Of a stretch of DNA of 64,000 nucleotides, positions 42,046 to 51,404 are shown one piece after another. Numbering within the stretch: position 1 is the stretch's first letter; each line of letters begins with the position of its first letter. The translations under genes and the position numbers were made by a program. A model generated the notes under the pieces. The model ran no database searches. It had not been told where the DNA came from and worked only from the letters and a program-made list of their open reading frames with translations. The DNA is from Candidatus Bathyarchaeota archaeon (lineage in GTDB: Archaea; Thermoproteota; Bathyarchaeia; Bathyarchaeales; Bathycorpusculaceae): assembly GCA_963775895.1 (NCBI GenBank), contig CAVZKL010000017.1, forward strand, positions 64,001 to 128,000, given 5' to 3'.

Positions 42046-42201
42046 ATGCCAAAGAAATGGACTCTTCTAATAGATGACGAATTGGATGAGAGATTCAGAA
42101 AAGCCGTGTTTGAGACAAAAGGAATGCACAAGGGCAATTTGACCGAAGCAATGGAAGAGGCGATGAGATGCTGGATAGAGCAACAAAAGAAGAAAAAATG
42201 A
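42046..42201 (+). CDS. Ribbon-helix-helix protein (51 aa, missing from the ORF track)
   Basis: Hand translation MPKKWTLLIDDELDERFRKAVFETKGMHKGNLTEAMEEAMRCWIEQQKKKK; AGGTGA RBS. Confidence 0.75.
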   Translation: MPKKWTLLIDDELDERFRKAVFETKGMHKGNLTEAMEEAMRCWIEQQKKKK

Positions 42202-42611
42202 AAAAGCGTGAAAAAGAGGCGGAAGAGCTTCTTACGGAGATAGATAGTCTCCGTAAAGATATAATGACAGAATTGGAAAGGGAAAAGGCATCACGATGGG
42301 CTAGTTCAAAAGATAAGAGCCGTCTGAAACGTTTTCGAGAATTATACACAATAAGCTTGATGCTCCTTGACCAGCGCATAAGAGACGAACTTTTCCTTGG
42401 CAAGTTGAAAGTGCAAGTGGATAACTTAAACGAAATGTTGCAGAAAATTGCTGAAAAAGTTGATGTTGACCTCTCCAGCCTAAAAACTGAGGTCGAAACA
42501 TTGCATAAGACCATACAAGAGCCCATGTTCGCCGAAGTTGCTCAATTCGTAAAATTCGTGAAAAGTAATATCGAACAATCTAAAAAAGCAGGAGAACAAT
42601 ATGTCGAGTGA
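42198..42611 (+). CDS. Hypothetical coiled-coil protein (transposon cargo)
   Basis: ATGA overlap with the RHH gene; charged helical sequence. Confidence 0.6.
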   Translation: MKKREKEAEELLTEIDSLRKDIMTELEREKASRWASSKDKSRLKRFRELYTISLMLLDQRIRDELFLGKLKVQVDNLNEMLQKIAEKVDVDLSSLKTEVETLHKTIQEPMFAEVAQFVKFVKSNIEQSKKAGEQYVE

Positions 42612-42873
42612 CATGCTTGGAGAGATTATCAATACTCTCCAAGAGCTTAGGCGAATGCATCAGTTGAATTTTGAGCTTCTTGAAGAATTAAATGTAGCTT
42701 GTGCCTATCTTCTAGAAAACCATGCAAGCCTACCTAACCAAGAGAAGCTTGCGTCTCTTCTCTCGAAAGCTATGACACTTCTCAAAGAAATCAACACTGA
42801 ACCCCTATCCGACGAATTTTTACAGCGAAAGAAATCCGACAAAGACTTTACAGAACCCGATTCCTCATCTTGA
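42601..42873 (+). CDS. Hypothetical helical protein reading through the right TIR
   Basis: Overlaps the upstream gene; C-terminal LSDEFLQRKKSDKDFTEP is TIR-encoded. Confidence 0.55.
   Translation: MSSDMLGEIINTLQELRRMHQLNFELLEELNVACAYLLENHASLPNQEKLASLLSKAMTLLKEINTEPLSDEFLQRKKSDKDFTEPDSSS
42806..42857 (-). repeat. Right terminal inverted repeat
   Basis: Reverse complement GGTTCTGTAAAGTCTTTGTCGGA-N10-TGTAAAAATTCGTCGGATA. Confidence 0.9.
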
Positions 42874-43030
42874 GCATTTTCAACACGGCAAAAGACAAGT
42901 TTTGAGGCGTGTCATCGGCGCTTATTTAGTAAGAAAATCTGAGGATCAAGGATTTTGATAGGCAGACAGGGCCACTTTAATAATCTTTCAGCGTTATGAC
43001 AAACGATAACGGCACGGGTGCGTAGAAAAC

Positions 43031-43423
43031 ATGCTAGCAGATTTCATTGTTGTCATGGATCGAGAACTGGTCAACATGATTCTTGAGGGTGCCAGAAGGC
43101 TTTACCCAAGGGAGTCCTTCCTGCTTCTCCGAGGAAAGAAAAGCAAGAACACGATCAAAATAACGGACCTGCTGGTTCCTCCACTCGCAAACTATGGCCG
43201 TGGTTTTGCTGAAGTCCAACTTCACAGGTTGCCGATGGATTTTTCAATCGTCGGAACAGTGCATTCTCACCCTTCTGGAAATCTTAATCCCTCAAGCATG
43301 GATCTTAACCATCTGATCGGACGCATTCTTATGATCATGGCATATCCATTTGCCGATGAGAGTAACATTGCCGTTTACAGTCGCAGCGGAGAAAAGGTGC
43401 AGCTTCAGGTAACTGAGACCTGA
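43031..43423 (+). CDS. JAMM/MPN+ metalloprotease
   Basis: PRES...HSHPSGNLNPSSMD. Confidence 0.88.
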   Translation: MLADFIVVMDRELVNMILEGARRLYPRESFLLLRGKKSKNTIKITDLLVPPLANYGRGFAEVQLHRLPMDFSIVGTVHSHPSGNLNPSSMDLNHLIGRILMIMAYPFADESNIAVYSRSGEKVQLQVTET

Positions 43424-43476
43424 GAAGCAATTGTGGAAGATGCGGGCACAAACGTGATAATCATGGGGCTGAAGCT

Positions 43477-44588
43477 TTGCCGACAAGGGTCATAATGCTC
43501 GTTGACTTGGACTACTTCTACGCCCAGAGTGAGGAGCTCAGAAATCCTTCTCTGAAAAACAAGCCAGTCGTTGTTTGTGTCTTCTCAGGACGCACCGAAG
43601 AAAGCGGTGCTGTTAGCACCGCGAATTACATCGCACGTGGTTATGGAGTCAGGTCCGGTATGCCAATCTACTTGGCGAAGAAGAAGCTCGAGAGCGTCAA
43701 TGCCGCATTCCTGCCTGTTGACGAGAAACTTTACACGGAGACATCCGACAAAGTGATGCAGGTGCTGAGAGTCTACGCTGATGAATTTGAGCAAGTGGGT
43801 ATTGATGAGGCCTATCTTGACGTCACGAAACGGGTGCAAGCGGAGTTTTCAAAACGCCAAAAATCTCGCTAACACGATAAAGAGTGAGCTGCGCAATCAA
43901 CTAGGGCTGACTTGTTCCATCGGGGTGGGGCCGAACAAACTTGTCGCAAAGATCGCAGCAGACGAAAAGAAGCCTGACGGATTGACAATCGTGGAACCGG
44001 ATAGAGTCAAGAGGGTTCTTAGAACCTCTTCCTGCAAATCGTCTTCTCGGCGTGGGCGTGAAAACTGCGAAAAAAATGGCGGCTATGAACATCTGTACGA
44101 TTGGCGATCTTGCAAAGTATGATGTTCAGAGACTGATTTCCACGTTTGGCAGGACTCTCGGGACGTACTTTCACAACGCCTCCATTGGAGTTGACAATGA
44201 GCCTGTAAAAGAGAGAGGTGAGGCAGGGTCACTGAGTAGAATTGCCACTCTCATGCAAAACACCAGCGACTCGAGCGTTGTCCTTGAGAAGGCCAACGAA
44301 CTCTGTGTCGACCTGTATGCAAGTATCGCTGAGCAGAAACTGACGTTCAAATCGGTCAGCATAATCTTGATTGCCAAAGACCTGAGTGTCTACAGTCGAT
44401 CCAGAACACTTGAGAGCTCATCGAACAGCTTGGAAATGATGGAGAAAGTTGCCGGAGAGCTTTTTGAAGCGTTCCTGAGCGAAAACCCCATTGAACTTCG
44501 AAGGGTCGGGGTGAAGCTTTCAGGTCTTTCGGGCATTGGAAAGGGTCAGAAGCAGATTACTGGCTTTTTCGGTTCTCCACAAGACTAG
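43477..44588 (+). CDS. dinB: Y-family DNA polymerase IV (two frameshifts)
   Basis: VDLDYFYAQ, STANYIAR, GIDEAYLD, SIGVGPNKLVAKIA, RRVGV. Confidence 0.92.
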
Positions 44589-44657
44589 CTCGCTTACGGC
44601 AGTGTGCTTCTGGAGAAGCCTTATCTTTCTAAGAATTCACGTTGCTATTGAACCAGT

Positions 44658-45260
44658 ATGACCTCTAGAGCTGAAAAGAAAAAGTCCGATAGGTTGCCTC
44701 CAGGGCAGTCTCCTATAAAGGAACTTTTGAGATGGGGAAAAGATCACCCCGGGATCGCCCGTTCTAACCCCAAGATAGATCTGAAGACCTACACGCTGGA
44801 AATAGGCGGAGAAGTAGAAAGACCAGTCAGACTCAACTGGGAGGAAGTTCTGAGACTTCCAAAAGTGGAGTCGGTGAGTGACTTCCACTGCGTGGAAGGA
44901 TGGAGCGTGCTTGACTGCAGGTGGAAAGGCGTTCAGTTCAAAAGGATAGTCGAACTGGTGAAGCCGAAGGAAAGAGCAAAGTTCGTGACTTTCCATTGTG
45001 CAGACGGGTACACAACTTCATTTACGTTGGATGAACTTTCTGGGGACAACGTTCTTTTGGCCTATGGGCTAAACGGTGAACCCTTGGAAGAGGGATATGG
45101 ATTTCCGTTGAGACTCGTCGTTCCAGACAAATACGCGTACAAGAGTGCCTTGTGGGTCGTGAAAATACGGTTCACAGTTGAAAAAGAGCTTGGGTTCTGG
45201 GAAAGACGAGGCTACAGCGACAAAGCAGATGTTTGGACTAGCGATCGCTTTTCAACGTGA
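44658..45260 (+). CDS. Sulfite oxidase-like molybdopterin oxidoreductase
   Basis: RLPPGQ, DFHCVEGWS, GFPLRLVVP, YKSALW, GFWERRGY. Confidence 0.88.
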   Translation: MTSRAEKKKSDRLPPGQSPIKELLRWGKDHPGIARSNPKIDLKTYTLEIGGEVERPVRLNWEEVLRLPKVESVSDFHCVEGWSVLDCRWKGVQFKRIVELVKPKERAKFVTFHCADGYTTSFTLDELSGDNVLLAYGLNGEPLEEGYGFPLRLVVPDKYAYKSALWVVKIRFTVEKELGFWERRGYSDKADVWTSDRFST

Positions 45261-45340
45261 GCTAGAGTCTGGTTTCATTGGGTGACTGACAGAAAGGTTA
45301 TTCTACTTTCAAGGACAAACACGCTAACCAAGTCTACCAG

Positions 45341-46270
45341 GTGGGTTTATTGTCGGATCCAGTTCAGACAGCAGTCAAACAGATAAGACGCCTCGAGATT
45401 CAAGGTGCGAGAAACGTGGCCATTGCCGCTATCAAGTCGATAGAAGCTCTTGCGTCGCGAACCGAAGCCTCCAACAAGAAGGATTTTCTGAGAGAACTGA
45501 TCAAATCCAAGGATGCCCTTTTTGCTTCCAGAGCGACGGAGCCTCTCATGCGAAACGCCCTGAGACTGATCATAAATCGGGTTGACAGGAGTGAAGAAAA
45601 GAATGTCAATAAACTCGCAGAGATCGTGTATCAGGCTTCGAAACAGTTTCTCGGGGATCTTGAAAACTCCAGCAAGAGAATTGCTGAAATAGGCTCGAAG
45701 AGGATCAAAAGCAACTCTGTTGTCTTGACACACTGCCACTCTTCGACGGTTACCGACCTTTTGAAGAGGGCCAAGTTTGAAGGCAAGGTTTTTAAGGTCA
45801 TTTGTACGGAAACGAGACCTGTCCTTCAAGGGCAGATTACTGCGAAAGAAATGCTGGAGATGGGGGTAGAAACAACGTTCATCGTGGATTCTGCCGCGCG
45901 GTTCTTCATGAATGACGTTGACCTTGTTCTCGTTGGCGCCGATGCGATAACGTCCGAAGGAAACGTGATCAACAAAATCGGGACGAGCATGGTTGCTTTG
46001 ATAGCCCATGAGGCTAGGACGCCTTTCTACGTCGTCAGTGAGCTGTTGAAGTTTGATCCTGCAACCGTTTCGGGTGACTACGAGAAGATTGAAGAGAGAA
46101 GTCCTAATGAAATATGGAAGAATGCTCCGAAGGAATTGATAATTAGAAACCCGGCGTTTGACGTAACTCGTAGAGACTTCATTCACGGCATAATCTGTGA
46201 AGACGGAATGATATCCCCGCACTCGATAACGGAAGTAATGCACAGAAAATACCCGTGGGTCTTTGAATAA
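45341..46270 (+). CDS. Ribose-1,5-bisphosphate isomerase (eIF-2B family)
   Basis: IQGA, THCHSS, ETRP, GADAI, NKIGT, NPAFDVT; adjacent to AMP phosphorylase. Confidence 0.85.
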   Translation: MGLLSDPVQTAVKQIRRLEIQGARNVAIAAIKSIEALASRTEASNKKDFLRELIKSKDALFASRATEPLMRNALRLIINRVDRSEEKNVNKLAEIVYQASKQFLGDLENSSKRIAEIGSKRIKSNSVVLTHCHSSTVTDLLKRAKFEGKVFKVICTETRPVLQGQITAKEMLEMGVETTFIVDSAARFFMNDVDLVLVGADAITSEGNVINKIGTSMVALIAHEARTPFYVVSELLKFDPATVSGDYEKIEERSPNEIWKNAPKELIIRNPAFDVTRRDFIHGIICEDGMISPHSITEVMHRKYPWVFE

Positions 46271-46336
46271 AGAGTCTTAGGTCTTTTCAAAGCCTTTAAT
46301 TCCGATCAATTATACTATCTGCGAGGTTGAATACTT

Positions 46337-47881
46337 ATGAACCTGAGAGCTAGGCTCCTGAACATTCAAGCCGGAGGAAAAAACATTGCCATACTTGATG
46401 ACGCCGACGCAAGCTCACTCGGTGTTCATTCATCGGATCGTGTGAAGATAAACTACAAAGACAAGTGTGCTGTCGCCATCCTCAACGTTGCCGCCAATTT
46501 TCCAAGTCATTCAATTGGACTCTACGAGGAAACCTCGCGAAAACTGGGGATGACCGCTGAAGACGCCGTTGAGGTCGAAGCGGCCACGCCTCCAGAGTCA
46601 ATCAGTTACATACAAGCGAAAATAAGGAATGAACGGCTGCGCGAAAATGAAATAATGTCCGTGATCAGGGATGTCGTGGAGCGTCATCTCAGCGATATCG
46701 AACTTTCTTCGTTTCTTACTGCCCTGTACATTCACGGGTTGAGTATGGATGAGATCGAAGCTCTGTCGATAGCGATGGTGAAAACTGGGAGCTCGTTATC
46801 ACTTGGCAAGAAGCCTATACTTGACAAGCATAGTATTGGCGGGATACCTGGAGACAAAACCTCAATTCTCGTGGTACCTATAATAGCCGCCGCTGGCTTC
46901 ACGATCCCGAAAACTTCTTCCAGAGCAGTGACGTCGCCTGCAGGAACGGCTGACCGGGTTGAATCATTGTGTCCAGTCAACCTTTCCCTCGAAGAAATAC
47001 GACCCGTCGTAGAAAAAACGAACGGTTGCTTAGTTTGGGGTGGAGCGCTCGATCTGGCTCCTGCGGATGATCTTTTCATTCAGATCGAGTACCCATTGGC
47101 GATAGATCCGATGCTTCTTCCCTCAATAATGAGCAAGAAGAAGGCAATCGGCGCCACGCACGTCGTGCTAGATATCCCCACGGGCAGAGGTGCCAAGATT
47201 AAGACGATAGGCGAGGCTGGTGCACTTGCCGCGGATTTTATTGACCTGGGCAAACGATTAGGCATGAACGTGCAATGCGGGGTCACTTTCGGAGAGCAGC
47301 CGCTTGGCAACGCGGTAGGTCCAGCATTGGAAGCAAAAGAGGCGTTGTCGACCATAATGGGAAATGGTCCAGTTGACGTGCGCGAGAAGGCGATCAGTCT
47401 TGCAGGAATTCTTCTGGAGATGGTTGGGAAAGAGAACGGAAAGCAAATCGCTGAAGAACTATTGAAGTCGGGAAAGGCCGAGAAGAAACTGAGAGAGATC
47501 ATTGAAGCTCAAGGCGGGAACCCCGGGGTGAAACCTGAAGATCTGGCAATCGGCAAGGAGCGGGCTTCAGTGGAGGCCGATGATGACGGACTAGTTCTGT
47601 ATATCAGCAATGAAGACATCGCGAAGATTGCGAAACAGGCCGGAGCTCCGAAGGACAAGGGTGCAGGATTGTTGCTCAGGGCAAAGCTTGGGGATCGTGT
47701 CAAGAAAGGTCAGATTATTCTGGACATATTTGCCGAGAGGAGCACCAAACTCGAATCTGCACTGATGCTCGCAAACAAACTCAAACCACTGGGCCTCAGC
47801 AAAAAGCCCGAGGACAGAATGTTGATGGAAAGAATTCCAACAGTAGCTGTACACAAGAAGACTTTCATACTGGAAAGATGA
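46337..47881 (+). CDS. AMP phosphorylase
   Basis: N-terminal double-psi extension, DKHSIGGIPGDK, KTSSRAVTSPAGTAD, GAPKDKGAG. Confidence 0.92.
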   Translation: MNLRARLLNIQAGGKNIAILDDADASSLGVHSSDRVKINYKDKCAVAILNVAANFPSHSIGLYEETSRKLGMTAEDAVEVEAATPPESISYIQAKIRNERLRENEIMSVIRDVVERHLSDIELSSFLTALYIHGLSMDEIEALSIAMVKTGSSLSLGKKPILDKHSIGGIPGDKTSILVVPIIAAAGFTIPKTSSRAVTSPAGTADRVESLCPVNLSLEEIRPVVEKTNGCLVWGGALDLAPADDLFIQIEYPLAIDPMLLPSIMSKKKAIGATHVVLDIPTGRGAKIKTIGEAGALAADFIDLGKRLGMNVQCGVTFGEQPLGNAVGPALEAKEALSTIMGNGPVDVREKAISLAGILLEMVGKENGKQIAEELLKSGKAEKKLREIIEAQGGNPGVKPEDLAIGKERASVEADDDGLVLYISNEDIAKIAKQAGAPKDKGAGLLLRAKLGDRVKKGQIILDIFAERSTKLESALMLANKLKPLGLSKKPEDRMLMERIPTVAVHKKTFILER

Positions 47882-47891
47882 TTGAAGGACT

Positions 47892-48371
47892 TTGGTTTTC
47901 ACTCCATATCTACAAAGCGATAAGGCTGTCAGGTTTGACATGATATTTATGCGAAAGCAAGAAACCAGCGACGAAAACGGTCTGGAGCAACAGTTCAAGG
48001 TACGCATCGTGTGGCTTGTCGCAAGTGGGGACGTCGAGAAAGCGCTGGAGCTGCTTGCAAAGCATTTCGAGGTTAGTGTTCCTAAACTGAAGATTGGTCT
48101 TCCCAAACGTCATAGACTGAAGACACTTGGCTGCTACATCCCAGAGAATGAGACAATATATCTGCTCAATGGTGAGACACTGACGAATCCATCCGTTATC
48201 CTACACGAGTTTTACCATCACCTACGAACGTCAATCGACAAGAAGCACAGAGGAACGGAGAAATACGCGAACAGATTTGCCAAAGAATTCATTGCAGCCT
48301 ATCAAGCCTTCGGTACTTCTATTCTTGGGAAAGCCAAACCGCCTTCAGGCAATCAAATAGAGAAAGATTGA
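47892..48371 (+). CDS. Hypothetical HExxH protein
   Basis: VILHEFYHHL...EKYANRFA. Confidence 0.6.
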   Translation: MVFTPYLQSDKAVRFDMIFMRKQETSDENGLEQQFKVRIVWLVASGDVEKALELLAKHFEVSVPKLKIGLPKRHRLKTLGCYIPENETIYLLNGETLTNPSVILHEFYHHLRTSIDKKHRGTEKYANRFAKEFIAAYQAFGTSILGKAKPPSGNQIEKD

Positions 48372-48452
48372 ATTCTCGGAAAACGTTCTGAAGAATCGTA
48401 GCTCACTTTAAATATCAGAGTTGTGATTAGACGTAGCGAGAGGATATTATCC

Positions 48453-48893
48453 ATGGGTTCTAAGTCCCCTAAAGGCGAATTCGGTGCAAGAGCCCTCGTC
48501 GAAAAGAGAAAGAGGTTCCGCTGGAGCAGCATGTACTACAAGCGTCGAATGTTGAGGCTCGACGTCAAAGCGGACCCGCTTGAGGGAGCACCCATGGGAC
48601 GTGGAATCGTGCTGGAGAAGGTCGGCGTGGAGAGCAAGCAGCCTAACAGCGCGATTCGCAAGTGTGTAAGGACTCAGCTTATCAAGAATGGACGTTTGAT
48701 CACGGCTTTTCTTCCTGGAGACGGTGCGTTGAACGTCGTCGACGAACACGATGAAGTGCTCGTTGAAGGAATAGGAGGTTCACGTGGAAGAAGTATGGGC
48801 GACATTCCAGGAGTTCGCTGGAAGGTCATCACAGTTAACGGGGTTTCTTTGAACGAACTCGTCTACGGGCGGAAACAGAAACCGGCTCGGTGA
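48453..48893 (+). CDS. rps12: 30S ribosomal protein S12
   Basis: [22 protein letters not shown]. Confidence 0.97.
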   Translation: MGSKSPKGEFGARALVEKRKRFRWSSMYYKRRMLRLDVKADPLEGAPMGRGIVLEKVGVESKQPNSAIRKCVRTQLIKNGRLITAFLPGDGALNVVDEHDEVLVEGIGGSRGRSMGDIPGVRWKVITVNGVSLNELVYGRKQKPAR

Positions 48894-49492
48894 GTTTTTT
48901 GAGTCAGAAGCAAGAAGAGAAGCAGGCGAGAGAAATAAAGCTCTTCGGGAAATGGAGTTTCAAAGGTATTGCGGTTCTTGATCCGGGGCTTCAAAGGTAC
49001 ATTTCGCTCAAGCCAGTGGTGATTCCTCACAGTATGGGAAGGCATGAGCACAAACGTTTTCGCAAAGCGAGTGTCAACATCGTGGAGCGCTTGGCAAACA
49101 ACATAATGCGTCCTGGAAAAAACGCTGGCAAGAAGGCTAAAGTAACAAACATGGTTAAGCACGCCCTTGAAATAATCAACTTGCGCACGGGCAAAAACCC
49201 GGTTGAAGTTTTGGTCAAAGCCGTAGAGAATTCTGCTCCGTGTGAAGACACAACAAGGATCAGCTACGGTGGAATAGTCTACCACCTTTCAGTGGATGTT
49301 GCCCCGCAGAGAAGAGTTGACTTGGCATTGAGACATATTACAGACGGAGCTCGACAGGCTTCTTCGAACAACCCACGTTCCATCGATGAATGTCTGGCGG
49401 ACGAATTGATCTTGGCAGGAAACAAAGACGTGAAGAGTTTTGCAGTTGCAAAGCGCAACGAAATTGAAAGGGTAGCTCAAGCATCGCGGTAG
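48890..49492 (+). CDS. rps7: 30S ribosomal protein S7
   Basis: [28 protein letters not shown]. Confidence 0.97.
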   Translation: MSFLSQKQEEKQAREIKLFGKWSFKGIAVLDPGLQRYISLKPVVIPHSMGRHEHKRFRKASVNIVERLANNIMRPGKNAGKKAKVTNMVKHALEIINLRTGKNPVEVLVKAVENSAPCEDTTRISYGGIVYHLSVDVAPQRRVDLALRHITDGARQASSNNPRSIDECLADELILAGNKDVKSFAVAKRNEIERVAQASR

Positions 49493-49510
49493 CAGCTTTT
49501 GCAAATCGTT

Positions 49511-50686
49511 CTATTTCAGATGGATTTCTACGACATCGCCGTCTTTAAGATGAAAGGTTGTGCCAACTCTTTGTGGGCTGAAGACGAGACGTTTGGACCA
49601 CACCTTGGCAAAGTTGAAATTCTCTTTGAAATCACTATGGATTGCTTTGGCCAAATCGTAGATCGTGGCTCCCTTCTTGAGGATGAAAGGCTTCTCTGAA
49701 AATTCTCTTTCATTAGGTTCTTTCGTGTAAATTCGCATTATCTCCAATGTTCTGAAAAGGTTCTCGCCGAGTTCGTTGAGACCTTCGCCCGTTATCGTTG
49801 AGACTGGAATTATCGGAAGTCGGTCGCTGAGGTAAGCTTTCAACAGTTTTAGGTTTCCTTCGGCTCCTTCCAGGTCGATTTTGTTGCCCACTATTATTGT
49901 GGGTTTGAAAACCATCGTTTCAAAAACTGCTTCCTCCACATCGCTTAACGTTGCTTCACCGTAGATCTTTACAAAAGCGTCCGTGACGTTGTAGCCTTTT
50001 AGCAGTGTTTCAACTTCTCTGAAGGTGCAGTCGATTAGTCTTCCTAGGACCACGATTCGCAAGCCTGCGCCCATGTACTTTCTATCAATATCAACTCTTG
50101 ATTTCGGTTTGCTCGTCGAAATCCGCGCTTTGTTCATCTCATCCAATATTCTGGTCAACTGTTTGATCGGATCTCGTGACAGGTCGATCACGATAATCAG
50201 TCCGTCAGCATTTCGAGCGATGGCTAACGTCTTGAGCCCCCAAGCCTTTCCGTTCGCGGCGCCTTCCATCAGAGCCGGAGCCTCGATTATCTGGAATTGC
50301 AGATCCTCAAAATCCATGACTCCTGGAACGGGTTGCCTCGTGGCGTACGGGGTGGCTGAGATCTCAACTTTTGCGTTGGTAACTGAACTCAACAAACTGC
50401 TCTTCCCTGCTTTCGTCAGACTCAACAATACTACTTGCGCTGCACCCTCCTTTTCCAAGAAGATCTTGGGTCCGCTCTTTCCAGTCCTTTTCTTCTTTTT
50501 CTCTTCGATTTCCCTCTTGAGAGCAGCCATCTGCTTCTTGACCTGTGCACAGGTTTTGGCTGTGCCCTTGTGTTTGGGCACTAGGCTGAGAAATTCTTCC
50601 ATGCGCTGGATTCTTTCTCTTGGGTTTTTTGTCTCTTCGACTTCCGCCCATTTCTTCCTAGCGTCAGGGGGCAAATTAGCAGGCAT
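49511..50686 (-). CDS. DRG/OBG-family GTP-binding protein with TGS domain
   Basis: MPANLP, PKHKGT, AGKSS, NKID, IYTKEP, LKDGDVVEIH. Confidence 0.88.
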   Translation of the reverse strand: MPANLPPDARKKWAEVEETKNPRERIQRMEEFLSLVPKHKGTAKTCAQVKKQMAALKREIEEKKKKRTGKSGPKIFLEKEGAAQVVLLSLTKAGKSSLLSSVTNAKVEISATPYATRQPVPGVMDFEDLQFQIIEAPALMEGAANGKAWGLKTLAIARNADGLIIVIDLSRDPIKQLTRILDEMNKARISTSKPKSRVDIDRKYMGAGLRIVVLGRLIDCTFREVETLLKGYNVTDAFVKIYGEATLSDVEEAVFETMVFKPTIIVGNKIDLEGAEGNLKLLKAYLSDRLPIIPVSTITGEGLNELGENLFRTLEIMRIYTKEPNEREFSEKPFILKKGATIYDLAKAIHSDFKENFNFAKVWSKRLVFSPQRVGTTFHLKDGDVVEIHLK

Positions 50687-50919
50687 AAATTGAACGCGTC
50701 CAACTGATATTTCCCAAGGCCAAGTTTAATATTTGTTCCGATTTCGACGTTTGCATCGCACCTTTTCCGTTGTAGAACTGGCTGATCGAGTTAGTCATGA
50801 TTCCTGTGTGCGTTATCTGATCCTTCATGGGACCTTGGACCTACGGTTCAAGAAGAAAGTTGCGGTGAGTCTTCACCGGTTGTGCGCAGGCGCGAAGTCA
50901 TCTACCGTCTTTTACATTC

Positions 50920-51354
50920 TTAGGCTAATTGGCCGGGAGTGAAGGGAAGGAAGAAGCCGAACAGCAAACCCAGTATGACCAATAGTATGATGAAAATGAT
51001 TGCGGCTAGTATGGCTATTGCCAAGGCTCCTAGCCAGCGTGTCTTGAAGGTTGCCTTGTACACGCCGATCCAAGCTATGAATGCCAGTATGAAACCTGCG
51101 ATATAGCCTGAAGAACCCAGTAGTCCACCTAAGAGGAAGTCCACTGCCAAGAGTACTATGACGTAGACTATGGGGCCCAAGAGCGTGGCCGCCATCGCTT
51201 CTCCGAAAGTAGCTTTTCCTCTAGTCACCAACTTGCCTCCGATGTACGCTGGTATTGAAACTAGAATCCAGATGACTATCAAGGCTACGATTATTTCAAG
51301 CAAAGTTAGTATCGTGGTTCCGCTTGGAAATAGGGTTGAGAGAATCGAAATCAT
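50920..51354 (-). CDS. Four-TM membrane protein
   Basis: Hydrophobic throughout. Confidence 0.65.
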   Translation of the reverse strand: MISILSTLFPSGTTILTLLEIIVALIVIWILVSIPAYIGGKLVTRGKATFGEAMAATLLGPIVYVIVLLAVDFLLGGLLGSSGYIAGFILAFIAWIGVYKATFKTRWLGALAIAILAAIIFIILLVILGLLFGFFLPFTPGQLA

Positions 51355-51404
51355 TGACTGTATTTTTGTCGTTGTCTTCTTATAAGACCTTTCCTTAGCG
51401 CGCG

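Larger units (their letters stand above)
39663..42857. mobile_element. IS6-like cargo transposon, 3195 bp
   Basis: Bipartite 52-bp terminal inverted repeats starting GGTTCTGT, 8-bp target duplication CGATTCCT (39655-39662 and 42858-42865), internal DDE transposase. Confidence 0.92.

Noticed and set aside
45347-46243. Long 298-aa antisense ORF, and similar ones at 25248-26000 and 50025-50693
   Set aside because: Shadows of well-supported genes on the opposite strand, with no recognisable motifs
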